A stretch of 64,000 nt of DNA from Truepera sp. (GCA_965218435.1 CBDCKW010000009.1:2656001-2720000), one strand, 5' to 3'; counted from the stretch's first letter, positions 40,209 to 50,382 are shown. Notes: a model not told the origin generated them from the letters alone. Numbers and translations: made by a program.

Positions 40209-41156
40209 ATGACTAAGTTTTTTGTGGTGGGTGACGTTACCGTTGATCAGATGTATTTTGTCAACGACCTGCCCGACAACGGGGGAGAAGTTGCGGCAAG
40301 TCGCGCGGTGCTCGAGCCGGGGGGCGCGGGCGGTACGTTAGCTACGGCGCTCGCGCGGCTCGGCAACGAGGTCGTCTTAGCCGCGAGAGTCGGTAAGGGG
40401 CCGTTCGCCGAACTCGCCCTTAAACACGTGACAGAGGCGGGGGTTGATACCCACCTAGTCCAGACCGATCCCCATTTGCAGACGAGCAGCGTCACCCTGC
40501 TGATCACCCCCGATACGCAGCGCACGATGATCTCCGGCGGCGGCGCGAGCCGTAACCTAGACGCGACGGATTTTCGCAGTGAGCAGATCGCTGCATGTGA
40601 CGCGCTCGTGGTGAGCGCGTACAGCCTCGTCGGGGGGCCGCAGCGTGAGTACGCGGTGCGGGCGCTCGAGACCGCCCGCCGCGCCCGTCTGACGACCTTT
40701 ATCGATATGGGCTCGGGAGCCGCCGACGCCCTCCGCGAACGGCTTCTGGCGTTAGTGAGTAACGTAGACTATCTGCTGATGAACCGCCGCGAACTCTACG
40801 CCCTGACCGGTGAGGGTTCGATTTCAGTCGCGGTCGCCGGACTCGCCGCCCGGGGCATCAAACGCGTTTTGGTTAAACTCGGCGAGATGGGCTCGATGGT
40901 CATCACCCCCGAAGTGACCGAACTGATCGAAGCGTTTGAAATTGACGGGGTGTTAGAGTCTACCGGAGCTGGCGACTACTACACCGCCGCTTTCGCGCAC
41001 GGCGTGATGCAAGGCTACGACCTGCACTACGCCGCCCGTTTGGGCAATATCGCCGGAGCCCTCAACGTCACGGCGATTGGCGCGCAGAGCTGCGTGATTG
41101 ACGCGCCCACGCTCTACCGCTACGCCGACAAAGCGCGTAGCACCAGCCGCGCGTAG
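40209..41156 (+). CDS. PfkB family carbohydrate kinase
   Basis: PGGAG, LARLG, VKLGEMG and STGAGD motifs. Confidence 0.9.
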   Translation: MTKFFVVGDVTVDQMYFVNDLPDNGGEVAASRAVLEPGGAGGTLATALARLGNEVVLAARVGKGPFAELALKHVTEAGVDTHLVQTDPHLQTSSVTLLITPDTQRTMISGGGASRNLDATDFRSEQIAACDALVVSAYSLVGGPQREYAVRALETARRARLTTFIDMGSGAADALRERLLALVSNVDYLLMNRRELYALTGEGSISVAVAGLAARGIKRVLVKLGEMGSMVITPEVTELIEAFEIDGVLESTGAGDYYTAAFAHGVMQGYDLHYAARLGNIAGALNVTAIGAQSCVIDAPTLYRYADKARSTSRA

Positions 41157-41487
41157 CTTGAAAGCGTCAAATAAGTGTGGGGAACTTACCCAAAGCTGCT
41201 GAGCGTTGTCGGGCTTAGCCAAAGCAAAAGCGTACCGGTTAATAGTTCGGTTGCAGCGTAAGTGAGCTAGCTGGGCCGTGTTGCTATTTGTTTTAATCAC
41301 GATGTTTTAAGTGCGTGAGAGACCCTTGTTCTATTAGGGCCAGCCACTTCTCAATTCTTTATTCTTGCCTCTTAAGGCACACGGCACGGTTTTGAAAGCT
41401 CAACAGAACCTAAAGCTGACAGTTGCCGTAAAGCACCTACCTAACGTCTATACCTTTTACGAGAAGGTCTAGCGCGTACACTGTCTT

Positions 41488-42417
41488 ATGCGCTCTATTT
41501 TTGCTGTATTTGCCGTTTTTGCGTTTATCTCACCTAACTTCCAAATCGCCGCAGCAGAGCAGAGCGGCCCGAATTATGGCGAGCGGTTCGATACGGCCTG
41601 GAACCTGGTTGCCGAGCGGTACTGGGACACGAGCTACGGTGGCAACGACTGGGAGGCGCTCGGGCGAGAATACCGGCCCGAGGCCGTGGCCGCAAAAAAC
41701 GACCGGGCCTTTTACCGGGTTTTAGAGCGTCTTTACGGCAAGCTCGGCGATCACCACTCAGTCTTTGTTCCCCCGGCTAAGGTAACGCAGGTGCGGCGGC
41801 AGTACGGCGATCTGCCGTGTTTGGGGGTGTTCGGGCTGGCAGAGCATGAACAGAAGCTGGGGCATGTGAGCTACCGGCTCGAGGATAGTGTCGGTATCTT
41901 GACCCTACCTGACCTGGCCACGACCGGCGTATCGGGCGACCTCCGCGAGGCGGTACGGCAGCTGAACCGACGGGGAGCCCACGCGTTCATCCTCGATTTG
42001 CGGGGCAACCCCGGCGGCCGACTCGTCGAGATGATGGGCGCGGCAGGCGTGTTTACCAGGGGCTTTTTGTGGCGTACCTTGACGCGCTGGGCGCTCCCTC
42101 TTCCCTATCCGGCGCTCGGCCCGGTCGAAACCGACGCGCCGCTCGCCGTTTTAATTGACAAAGACGTTAACAGCGCCGCTGAAGGGTTGGCGGGCGTGTT
42201 GCAAAACACCGGGCGTGCCCGCATCTTTGGTCAAACGAGTGCGGGCAACGTCGAGGCGGTGTTGCCTTTTTGTCTCCGCGACGGCTCGCAGGCGTGGATT
42301 GCCACCGGGGTGTTGGCTCCGCTGCGCGGCCCCACTTGGGAGGGGCGCGGCGTCATCCCTGACGCGCCCTCGAGTCACGCCCTGCAAGACGCGCTCAGCT
42401 ATTTGCGCGGCCTCTGA
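41488..42417 (+). CDS. S41 family peptidase (exported, no PDZ domain)
   Basis: Signal peptide, LDLRGNPGG, NSAAE and EGRGVIPD motifs. Confidence 0.85.
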   Translation: MRSIFAVFAVFAFISPNFQIAAAEQSGPNYGERFDTAWNLVAERYWDTSYGGNDWEALGREYRPEAVAAKNDRAFYRVLERLYGKLGDHHSVFVPPAKVTQVRRQYGDLPCLGVFGLAEHEQKLGHVSYRLEDSVGILTLPDLATTGVSGDLREAVRQLNRRGAHAFILDLRGNPGGRLVEMMGAAGVFTRGFLWRTLTRWALPLPYPALGPVETDAPLAVLIDKDVNSAAEGLAGVLQNTGRARIFGQTSAGNVEAVLPFCLRDGSQAWIATGVLAPLRGPTWEGRGVIPDAPSSHALQDALSYLRGL

Positions 42418-42425
42418 CGGCTAAC

Positions 42426-43295
42426 ATGTCACTTACCCCTGAACCTGTAGGGGCGGGCGTCTGGCGTTTTGCCTTGCCGAGCGAGACGCTGCCTCCTTTT
42501 GAACACACCAACAGCTACCTCGTCCACGCCGGGGACGAGGCCGTTTTCATTGACGCAGGTTCGGGCGACGAGGCCGTTTTAGACGCCTTGGCAGAGAGCT
42601 TAAACGGACTGGGCGTCACCCGACTCGAGGCGCTTTTATTGACGCACACGCACCCCGACCATGTAGCGGGTGCGGCGGCGCTGAGCGAACGCTACAGCGT
42701 ACCGGTTTATGTTCACGAGCTCGAGCAGTCTCGTTTGGCTTTTCCTACCGAGCGGCTCCGGGGCGGCGACACCTTGACCGTAGGACACAAACAGTTAGAG
42801 GTTTACCACACGCCCGGTCACAGCCCCGGCCACCTGAGCTTTGCTTTAACTGCCGACGATATGGCTACCGGCAACGCCCGAGTTGTCTTCGTCGGCGACT
42901 TGTTGACGGCGGCAGGCTCGACCTGGGTCGGGCTACCCGAAGGCAACGTCTCTGACTACCTCAGCTCGTTAGACGTGCTCAGCGCACTTGTCACCGGCCC
43001 AGGTAACACCATCTTTGCCCCCGGTCACGGCCCGCTCGTGCGCCGGCCTGAAGCGCGTCTGGCAGAGGTACGCGCCCACCGGTTGCAACGCGAGGTCGAG
43101 GTGTTAGCGGCGCTGACCGAACCTATGACGTTAGCGGCGCTGACAAAGAGCATCTATCCTGAGGTACCGGACGCGCTGACCTGGACGGCTGAAGGGTCGC
43201 TTTTGGCCCAGCTCGAGAAGTTCAAGCAAGAAGGGCGGGTTGTGCAAAACCGTGGTGCTGACGGTGAGCTGACCTGGACGCGTACCGCCTCTTGA
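42426..43295 (+). CDS. MBL-fold metallohydrolase (LACTB2-like)
   Basis: THTHPDH, TPGHSPGH, GD and PGHG motifs. Confidence 0.9.
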   Translation: MSLTPEPVGAGVWRFALPSETLPPFEHTNSYLVHAGDEAVFIDAGSGDEAVLDALAESLNGLGVTRLEALLLTHTHPDHVAGAAALSERYSVPVYVHELEQSRLAFPTERLRGGDTLTVGHKQLEVYHTPGHSPGHLSFALTADDMATGNARVVFVGDLLTAAGSTWVGLPEGNVSDYLSSLDVLSALVTGPGNTIFAPGHGPLVRRPEARLAEVRAHRLQREVEVLAALTEPMTLAALTKSIYPEVPDALTWTAEGSLLAQLEKFKQEGRVVQNRGADGELTWTRTAS

Positions 43296-43354
43296 GAGGC
43301 TGCGAACGGCCTGAGCTCGGGCTTTTTACGTCAGGGCGAGCTGACGGTTGAAAC

Positions 43355-44449
43355 TCAGGACTCGGCTGGGCTGTCAGCTGGACTGAAGGCGTCCCCCTCG
43401 ACCCGGTTGCGACCGGCTCCTTTCGCCCGGTAGAGCGTCCGGTCGGCCCGCTCGAGCAGCCCCGCGACCGCTTCACCCGGACCAGCCTGAACCACGCCGA
43501 AGCTGGCTGTAAGGGTTCCGGTTTCCTCGTCGGGACTTTGCCCCAATCCTGCCCGCAACCGCTCGGCAACCTCGAGCGCCTCCGGCAACGCCGTATCTGG
43601 CAGCACGAGCAAAAACTCTTCGCCTCCCCAGCGCCCGACCACGTCCATCTTGCGGGCATGGTCTAACAGGTAGCGGCCCACTCCTTGCAACACCCGGTCA
43701 CCGACGCCGTGGCCGTAACCATCGTTGATCTTTTTGAAATGGTCTAAGTCAACGAGCACCAGCGAAAGTGGCTGAGCGTGACCCAACGAAGAGACCACTT
43801 GAGCCAAGCATTGGGCCAAAAAGCGCCGGTTATAAAGCTGCGTCAGGGGGTCGGTATGGGCAGCTTGCTCGAGCTGCGCAGCTTGCTGAGCCTGCACGAC
43901 AAACGCCCGCCCCGTCCCGTAGAGCATCACGAGCAGCAGACCGTCAGAAGCGAAGAGCTGGTAAAAGACGGCCCCGCCCATAGGGGTTTCGCCCACTGAA
44001 AAGAGCGTGACGAAGTGAACGAGCCATACCAGCAGTGAGACCCCGTAAACCAACAGCGACATTCTGAGCCCGACTTTGACGCCGAAGATCAGAAACGCCA
44101 GGGCGTAGACGATAGGCGACCAGTAGCCCAGGCCGGTCAAGTTCCATAAGGCAGTCTGCGTCTGCGACAGGCCGAAAAGCGAATAGCCCAGACTCGCCAG
44201 ATACATCAGCACCACCCCGCTAAAGGTGGCCACCTCGAGTCGCGCGGTAGAGACAGCTTTGCGCCACAAACCAAGCGTCAGCGTGCCGAGTAAGAGGACT
44301 AGTAGCGGTAACCCCAGCGCGTCAACCACGTGGAGCGTCCCCTGTTGCCACTCGGCGAACACGAGCAGCAAAACGGCGGCCATCGCCAGCGGCAAACCAA
44401 AGAGGTAGAAAGAGCGTTTCAGTGCGTCGGTCGTTGGCGTCATCTGCAT
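43355..44449 (-). CDS. Membrane diguanylate cyclase (GGDEF)
   Basis: About six TM segments; DPLTQLYNRR, DLDHFKKINDGYGH, RKMD I-site and RWGGEEF. Confidence 0.92.
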   Translation of the reverse strand: MQMTPTTDALKRSFYLFGLPLAMAAVLLLVFAEWQQGTLHVVDALGLPLLVLLLGTLTLGLWRKAVSTARLEVATFSGVVLMYLASLGYSLFGLSQTQTALWNLTGLGYWSPIVYALAFLIFGVKVGLRMSLLVYGVSLLVWLVHFVTLFSVGETPMGGAVFYQLFASDGLLLVMLYGTGRAFVVQAQQAAQLEQAAHTDPLTQLYNRRFLAQCLAQVVSSLGHAQPLSLVLVDLDHFKKINDGYGHGVGDRVLQGVGRYLLDHARKMDVVGRWGGEEFLLVLPDTALPEALEVAERLRAGLGQSPDEETGTLTASFGVVQAGPGEAVAGLLERADRTLYRAKGAGRNRVEGDAFSPADSPAES

Positions 44450-44935
44450 AGCGGCGTCCCGTCCTAATCATGGACTCCAGGCTCTTACAAGAAATGCATT
44501 TCCCACTATCCGCCCCCCGGATTTTGCCACAACGTGTACCCACAGAACTATAAACCGCTGCCGTAACGTCTAAACCGTCCCCAGAACTGCTTGTCTTAAC
44601 AACAAGTATACCTCGAGGTGTAGTTCCGAGGGCACAGGTACGCTTGGTCGGTTACGGCTGTCTAAGTTTTGCCGAGCAGCACGCACTTTACAAGATTACG
44701 GGGTGAAACTACTGGTGAGCCGCTATCCCGAGGGGGTGAGAGCTGACGCAAGCTCTCGAGAAAAGAGCAAACCACTCTCTCCCGGTCGCGGCACCAACCA
44801 AACTGTAAGCGTGTCTGCCTTGTTAGGGCGCGGGGTGTGCTCTTAGTAGTAGGGGGCAGCAGGAGCCTTACCCAAACGCAGAGAACGCTTTTGCGTAACG
44901 AGCGTTCAGCACCAAATCGCTGAAAGGAGCTTTGG

Positions 44936-45367
44936 ATGAGTAAAGAAGACAATCTAGCCGCGACTGAAACCTTCGGCAAAGCCGCCAATACCGGCCAGTT
45001 CGAACTCTTTAACGAAGTTGTTGCTCCAAATTCGGTTGATCATGACCCCGCTCCGGGGCAACAGGCCGGGCCGGAAGGGTTCAGACAGTTTTTTACCGAA
45101 CTGCGGCGCGCCTTTCCCGACCTGGCTATCGAGGTCGAACATCTTGTTGCCGATGACGAGAACGTCGCCTTCGCCTACACGATGAGCGGAACTCAGCAGG
45201 GCGACTTTATGGGCGTTCCGGCGACCGGTAAAAAGGTCAGTGCTCGGGGGCTACAGATCGGCCGTTTTGAAAATGGTCAGTTGGTCGAACGTTGGGGCAG
45301 TTCGGACGAACTCGGCATCCTCAAACAGTTAGGCGTAGACCTCGCCGTACCGGGTGAAGTCACCTAA
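44936..45367 (+). CDS. SnoaL-like ester cyclase
   Basis: AFPDL, GTQQGDFMGVPATGK and ERW motifs. Confidence 0.88.
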   Translation: MSKEDNLAATETFGKAANTGQFELFNEVVAPNSVDHDPAPGQQAGPEGFRQFFTELRRAFPDLAIEVEHLVADDENVAFAYTMSGTQQGDFMGVPATGKKVSARGLQIGRFENGQLVERWGSSDELGILKQLGVDLAVPGEVT

Positions 45368-45395
45368 AACTTCTGTTAACAGAGAAAGGATTACT

Positions 45396-45971
45396 ATGGC
45401 AAACGAACTTGAAGGCCGTAAAGTCGCGCTGCTGATCGCACCTGAAGGCACCGAAGAAGCCGAGTTTAGCGAACCCAAAAAGGCGCTCGAGGCCGCCGGA
45501 GCTACCGTCCACGTGATCAGCGCCCAAACCGGTGAAGTCAAAACGGTCAATCACGATTTAGAACCCGGCAGCAGCTACACCGCCGATCAGAGCTTTGGTG
45601 ACGTGTCGGCGTCCGACTACGACGCGCTCGTGATTCCCGGTGGCACGGTCGGCGCGGATAAACTGCGCGGTACCCCTGAAGCCGTCACCTTTATTCACGG
45701 CTTTTTTGAGCAGGGCAAACCCGTCGGCGCAATCTGCCACGCGCCCTGGACGCTGATCGAAGCAGGCGTGGTGGAAGGCCGCACGCTGACCTCGTACCCG
45801 ACGCTGCAAACCGACCTACGCAACGCCGGAGCGACCTGGAAAGACGAAGAGGTCGTCACCGACCAAGGGTTAGTTACAAGCCGCAATCCGAACGACCTGC
45901 CCGCGTTTTGCGCTAAACTCGTCGAAGAAATCGGTGAGGGCAAGCATAAGGGGCAGATGCGCAGCGCCTAG
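45396..45971 (+). CDS. PfpI/DJ-1 family deglycase/protease
   Basis: EEAEF, YDALVIPGG, AICHAPW and TSRNPNDL motifs. Confidence 0.92.
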   Translation: MANELEGRKVALLIAPEGTEEAEFSEPKKALEAAGATVHVISAQTGEVKTVNHDLEPGSSYTADQSFGDVSASDYDALVIPGGTVGADKLRGTPEAVTFIHGFFEQGKPVGAICHAPWTLIEAGVVEGRTLTSYPTLQTDLRNAGATWKDEEVVTDQGLVTSRNPNDLPAFCAKLVEEIGEGKHKGQMRSA

Positions 45972-45990
45972 TTTTGCCACAAACTCATAG

Positions 45991-46016
45991 AGGCCACCGC
46001 TCAGGTGGCCTTTTTT
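45991..46016 (+). terminator. Intrinsic terminator
   Basis: AGGCCACC-gctca-GGTGGCCT followed by a T-run. Confidence 0.85.
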
Positions 46017-46139
46017 GGGTCGTGCCCGGACTGACTTCTTTTAGCCTGCAAAAATAGCGAGCGCCCACGCACCGAACCCTTTTCACAAGTTGGCCCCTTA
46101 AGCGGCTTAAAAAGGTGTAAATCAGACTTTTTTAACCAT

Positions 46140-46720
46140 TAAACGACCACCGCCAGAGGCGGTGGATTTGAAAATGACTCTAGAAGAGAAAGTCCTGCTG
46201 ATTGCGTTCTTCCTCTTTTTCGCGCTTCTCTTGGTACTTCACATAACGACGGATCAGGTCTTCGTTTATACCTACAGTGTTGACAAAGTAACCGCGTGTC
46301 CAAAAGTGATTCCCCCAGTATGGTTTCTTCCGTAAGCCTGGCTAGCTTTTGAACAACTTGATGGCAAGCTTCCCTTTGAGAAATCCCATGAAATCCGATA
46401 CTGACAACTTGGGAGGAATTGAACAAACCAAGTGGATGTGATCGGCTTGAACACTCAGCTCTATTACTTCTACAGAGCGCCACTCACAAAGCGTATGGAC
46501 GTCCTTCTCAACCAACTCTTTGACCATACCCGTCAGCACTCGGTAACGGTATTTAGGCACCCACACAATGTGGTAATTACACTGATAGACAACGTGCGCA
46601 AGCTTTCTATACTTCCCCACGCCTTAGGGTACGACCTATGTGTCCCAGGCGAAACAGTAAGGCATAGCCGACGTTACATCACCACCGCCAAAGACGGTGG
46701 GTTTTCACGCTAAACTAAAC
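46140..46720 (-). mobile_element. IS200-type element (tnpA only, no tnpB), inactivated
   Basis: Subterminal hairpins CCACCGCC-aga-GGCGGTGG (46147-46165) and CCACCGCC-aaa-GACGGTGG (46682-46700); ends approximate. Confidence 0.85.
46180..46620 (-). pseudogene. tnpA: IS200/IS605 Y1 transposase with in-frame TAG at 46342-46344
   Basis: YHIVWVPKYR and DHIH (HUH); after the stop the same frame continues PYWGNHFWTRGY..IRRYVKYQ to TAG at 46180. Confidence 0.9.
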
Positions 46721-46793
46721 GAACGCTAAAGGCTCGAGTCTAGCAGTGCTGAGCCACTTTGCCGGGGGTAGCGAACGGTAATCCGCCGCTGAA

Positions 46794-46822
46794 TTGACAG
46801 CTGTATGGCAGCGTGCTACCCT
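46794..46822 (+). promoter_or_regulatory. Sigma-A promoter of the galactoside operon
   Basis: TTGACA, 17-bp spacer, TACCCT with an extended TG. Confidence 0.75.
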
Positions 46823-46834
46823 AAAGCCATCTAA

Positions 46835-46852
46835 AAAGTGACCGGTCACTTT
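46835..46852. promoter_or_regulatory. LacI-type operator
   Basis: Perfect 18-bp palindrome AAAGTGACC/GGTCACTTT with central CG, just downstream of the promoter. Confidence 0.75.
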
Positions 46853-46896
46853 AGGTTTTTAGTGCCTATAAGCAAGCGACACCAAACCGAGGTTTT

Positions 46897-48942
46897 TTGA
46901 TGGACGACATCTACTATGGCGGCGACTATAACCCCGAACAGTGGCCCGAAGACGTGTGGCAAGAAGACGTCAAGCTCATGCAAGCAGCGGGCGTCAACTT
47001 AGTCAGCGTCGCCATTTTTGCCTGGTCGAAGCTCGAGCCCTCCGAAGGTCACTACGACTTCGCTTGGTTAGATCGCCTGTTAGACCTGCTTCATGAAAAC
47101 GGTATCGGCGTGTGTTTGGCCACCGCGACCGCTGCGTCCCCGCCGTGGTTAGCACATAAGTATCCGCAGAGCTTGCCGGTGACAAGAGACGGTGTACGAC
47201 TCGGCGTCGGTTCACGGCAGCAGTACAGCCCCTCGAGTCCCGACTACAAACGTCTCGCCGCAAAACTCGTACGCGAAATAGCTGAACGTTATAAAGATCA
47301 CCCGGCCCTCAAGCTCTGGCATATCAACAACGAGTACGGTTGTCACGTTTTTGAATCGTTCGACGAGGACTCCGCCAAAGCGTTCCGAGTGTGGTTAAAA
47401 GAGCGTTACGGCACCGTAAAAGCACTTAACGAGGCGTGGGGCACGTCTTTCTGGAGCCAGACGTACTACGCCTGGGACGAGGTGTCGCCGCCCGCCGCCG
47501 CGCCGACCTTTATCAACCCGACGCAGCAGCTCGACTGGCGCAGGTTTTGCAGCGACGCGCTCTTGTCCCTATACAAGATGGAGCGCGATATCTTGCGTGA
47601 GGTTACGCCCGATGTTCCAGCCACGACCAACTTTATGGGGGCGTTTAAGCCGGTAGATTATTGGCGCTGGGCCACCGAAGTTGATGTGGTCGCCAACGAT
47701 TCGTATCCCGACCCCGGCGACGCTGAAGCCGGAATCTACGCCGCCTTGCAGAGCGATATGATGCGCTCACTCAAAAACGGCGCGTCGTGGATTTTGATGG
47801 AGCAAGCCCCCAATCAGGTGCAGTGGCGCGGACGTAACAGTCTCAAAGCGCCGGGGGTGATGCGGCTCTGGAGCCTGCAGGCGGTGGCCCGTGGCGCACG
47901 CGGCGTGATGTTTTTCCAGTGGCGGCAATCGAAAGCCGGGGCGGAAAAGTTTCACAGCGGGATGGTGCCGCATGGGGGCACCGAAACAAGGACGTGGCAT
48001 GAAGTTAAAGACTTAGGGCAAGAGCTTAAAGCGTTAGGGGAAGTTTTGGCATCCCAGGTTCAAGCTGAAGTCGCCATTGTGTTCGATTGGGACACCTGGT
48101 GGGCCTTAGAGCTCGACGCGCGTCCGAGCGAAGCTGTGCACTACTTGGAACAGGTCTACAGCTTTTACAGGGCGCTCTGGGAGCAGAACATTACCGTTGA
48201 TTTTGCCAAACCGGACGCTGACTTGTCCGGTTACAAACTGGTCGTCGTACCCAACTTGTACCTCGTCTGCGACGAAGCGGCGGCGAATTTGGAACGCTAC
48301 ACCGAGGGCGGCGGCACGCTGCTCATGGCGTTTTTTAGCGGCATCGTAGACGAAAATGATCAGGTTCGGCTGGGCGGGTATCCGGCCCCTTTTCGTAAGC
48401 TGCTCGGCCTCCGGGTTAAAGAGTTTGACGCGTTGCCTGTGGGCGTCACTCATACTATTAAGGGTGAAAGGGACTTTTCTGCCGACCTCTGGTCGGACGT
48501 GATCACTTTAGAGGGCGCTGAGGTGCTCGCCACCTTTGCCGAAGGGTTTTACGCGGGGCGGCCTGCGGTGACCGAGCACCGGTTTGGCGCGGGGCGGAGT
48601 TTTTACGTGGGGACCAGGCTCGAGCCCGAAGGTACGGCGTGGCTGGTAGAAAAAGCGTGCCAAGCCGCCGGTATCCAGTCGGAGCATTTTCCTCAAGGCG
48701 TCGAGGCGGTGCGCCGCACTTCTGCTGACGCCAGCTACCTCGTGCTGCTCAACCACACCGCAGATGAGGTGGAGATGGGGCTTCCCGAAGCCGCCACCGA
48801 CTTGGTTCAAAATGACGAAGTTGGGGACGAAGAAGTCGAACAGCTCACCCTGCCCCCCTACGGCGTCATCTTTTTGCGTACCGTAGAAGAGTCTGAAGCA
48901 GCGTCTAAAGCCGTTCCGGTAGAGGGGGCTGCGATGGATTAA
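46897..48942 (+). CDS. Beta-galactosidase, GH42
   Basis: YGGDYNPEQW, WHINNEY, LNEAWGT, LMEQ and FFQWRQSKAGAEKFH motifs. Confidence 0.95.
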   Translation: MMDDIYYGGDYNPEQWPEDVWQEDVKLMQAAGVNLVSVAIFAWSKLEPSEGHYDFAWLDRLLDLLHENGIGVCLATATAASPPWLAHKYPQSLPVTRDGVRLGVGSRQQYSPSSPDYKRLAAKLVREIAERYKDHPALKLWHINNEYGCHVFESFDEDSAKAFRVWLKERYGTVKALNEAWGTSFWSQTYYAWDEVSPPAAAPTFINPTQQLDWRRFCSDALLSLYKMERDILREVTPDVPATTNFMGAFKPVDYWRWATEVDVVANDSYPDPGDAEAGIYAALQSDMMRSLKNGASWILMEQAPNQVQWRGRNSLKAPGVMRLWSLQAVARGARGVMFFQWRQSKAGAEKFHSGMVPHGGTETRTWHEVKDLGQELKALGEVLASQVQAEVAIVFDWDTWWALELDARPSEAVHYLEQVYSFYRALWEQNITVDFAKPDADLSGYKLVVVPNLYLVCDEAAANLERYTEGGGTLLMAFFSGIVDENDQVRLGGYPAPFRKLLGLRVKEFDALPVGVTHTIKGERDFSADLWSDVITLEGAEVLATFAEGFYAGRPAVTEHRFGAGRSFYVGTRLEPEGTAWLVEKACQAAGIQSEHFPQGVEAVRRTSADASYLVLLNHTADEVEMGLPEAATDLVQNDEVGDEEVEQLTLPPYGVIFLRTVEESEAASKAVPVEGAAMD

Positions 48943-49007
48943 CCCAGCCTCGAGCCCCTTCCAGCCTTAAATTAAAGCCTAGCAACAGAATCAAGGAGCA
49001 TTATCAC

Positions 49008-50288
49008 GTGAACAAACTGACCGCAAGCTTACTTCTCGCCGGCGCTGCCGCACTGCCCATTGCCGCCGCGCAAAACACTGACCTTTCCGGGGACATCACC
49101 GTCACCGCTTGGGACATTGCCGCCGAAGCCTTACAAGGCGTGGTCAAAGGCTTTAACCAAGAGTACCCGAACGTCAAGGTGACGGTTGAAAACTTAGGCA
49201 ACCAGCAAGTTTACGACCGCGGGTTAGCGGGGTGCGCCGCCGGAGGCGCGGATTTGCCTGACGTCTACGCCGTGGAGAACAACGAAGCCGAGGTCTTTTG
49301 GAACCGCTTCCCCGGTTGCTTTACCGACCTCAATACAATGGGGGCGCAGGACGTCCACGACCAGTTCCCCGATTTCAAATGGACGGAGCTGAGCGTCGGC
49401 GATCAGGTTTACGCGGTCCCCTGGGATTCCGGCCCGGTCGTCACCTTTTACCGCCGCGACCTCTACAAAAAGGCCGGCATTAGTCCGGACGACATCGAAA
49501 CGTGGGATGACTTTATCGCTGCCGGCAAAAAGCTCGACCAGACGGCCGGTGCAAAAATGATCGCTTTCGACTTTTCCGACGACGGTATCTGGCGCGAGTT
49601 GGCCAATCAAAACAGCTGTTTTTACTTTGACCCTGCGGGTGAAAACATCACCGTCAATCAGCCCGGCTGCGTCTCGGCGATGGAGACGATGAAAAAACTT
49701 TATGACTCGGGCGTCGCTCAGATCGTTGACTGGAACGGCGCGATCCAGTCAATTAAAAACGGCACGCTGGCGAGCCACGTTTTGGGTGGTTGGTACGTTG
49801 GAACAATTCAGACGAACGCACCCGACCAAAAGGGGAACTGGGGCGTCTACCCAATGCCTGCCTCTAAAGCAGGCGGTGTGCGGGCCGCGAACTTAGGCGG
49901 GTCGGCGCTGGCGATCCCCGCCTCGAGCAAAAACCCCGAAGCAGCGATGGCGTTTATCACCTACGCGCTGGCTACGACGCAGGGTCAGGTAGGGATGCTC
50001 GAGAACTACGGTTTAGTCCCTTCATACCTCCCGGCCCTCCAAGACCCCTACGTTAAAGAAGGCGTCCCTTACTGGGGCAACCAACCGATTTGGCAAGACA
50101 TATTGGCGACGCTGGGCGAAATTCCGCAGGCGCGCGGGACGCAGTACTTCCAAGAAGCGCGGCAGATTGTCACCAACACCTTGTCGCAGTACCTCACCAA
50201 AACCACCTATGACAGTGCTCAAGCTGCGATGGACGACGCGGCGCAGCAGATTGCCGGTGCGACCGGTTTACCCGTCGCCGGTCAGTAA
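49008..50288 (+). CDS. Sugar ABC transporter substrate-binding protein
   Basis: Signal peptide, YAVPWDSGP..FYRRDL and NLGGSALAI motifs. Confidence 0.92.
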   Translation: MNKLTASLLLAGAAALPIAAAQNTDLSGDITVTAWDIAAEALQGVVKGFNQEYPNVKVTVENLGNQQVYDRGLAGCAAGGADLPDVYAVENNEAEVFWNRFPGCFTDLNTMGAQDVHDQFPDFKWTELSVGDQVYAVPWDSGPVVTFYRRDLYKKAGISPDDIETWDDFIAAGKKLDQTAGAKMIAFDFSDDGIWRELANQNSCFYFDPAGENITVNQPGCVSAMETMKKLYDSGVAQIVDWNGAIQSIKNGTLASHVLGGWYVGTIQTNAPDQKGNWGVYPMPASKAGGVRAANLGGSALAIPASSKNPEAAMAFITYALATTQGQVGMLENYGLVPSYLPALQDPYVKEGVPYWGNQPIWQDILATLGEIPQARGTQYFQEARQIVTNTLSQYLTKTTYDSAQAAMDDAAQQIAGATGLPVAGQ

Positions 50289-50303
50289 TTTAGCTTAACC
50301 GAG

Positions 50304-50337
50304 CATCGGCACCTGTAACCTCGGGTGCCGATGTTTT
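50304..50337 (+). terminator. Stem-loop after the SBP gene (attenuator or mRNA stabiliser)
   Basis: CATCGGCACC/GGTGCCGATG stem followed by TTTT. Confidence 0.6.
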
Positions 50338-50382
50338 AGCTCGAGTAGACGCAAACCTATTAAAACTGTTCGCGGAGGTTTT

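Noticed and set aside
44700..44710. tmRNA-like 5' end GGGGTGAAAC
   Set aside because: No matching tRNA-like 3' end (T-loop, CCA) or tag reading frame downstream
44743..44775. Hammerhead-like CTGACG..stem..AAAC
   Set aside because: Core nucleotides deviate (CTGACGC instead of CTGANGA, and no GAAA)
46139..46483. ORF next to tnpA as a possible tnpB or frameshifted partner
   Set aside because: No RuvC or Zn-finger motifs; the real tnpA C-terminus continues in the original frame after the TAG
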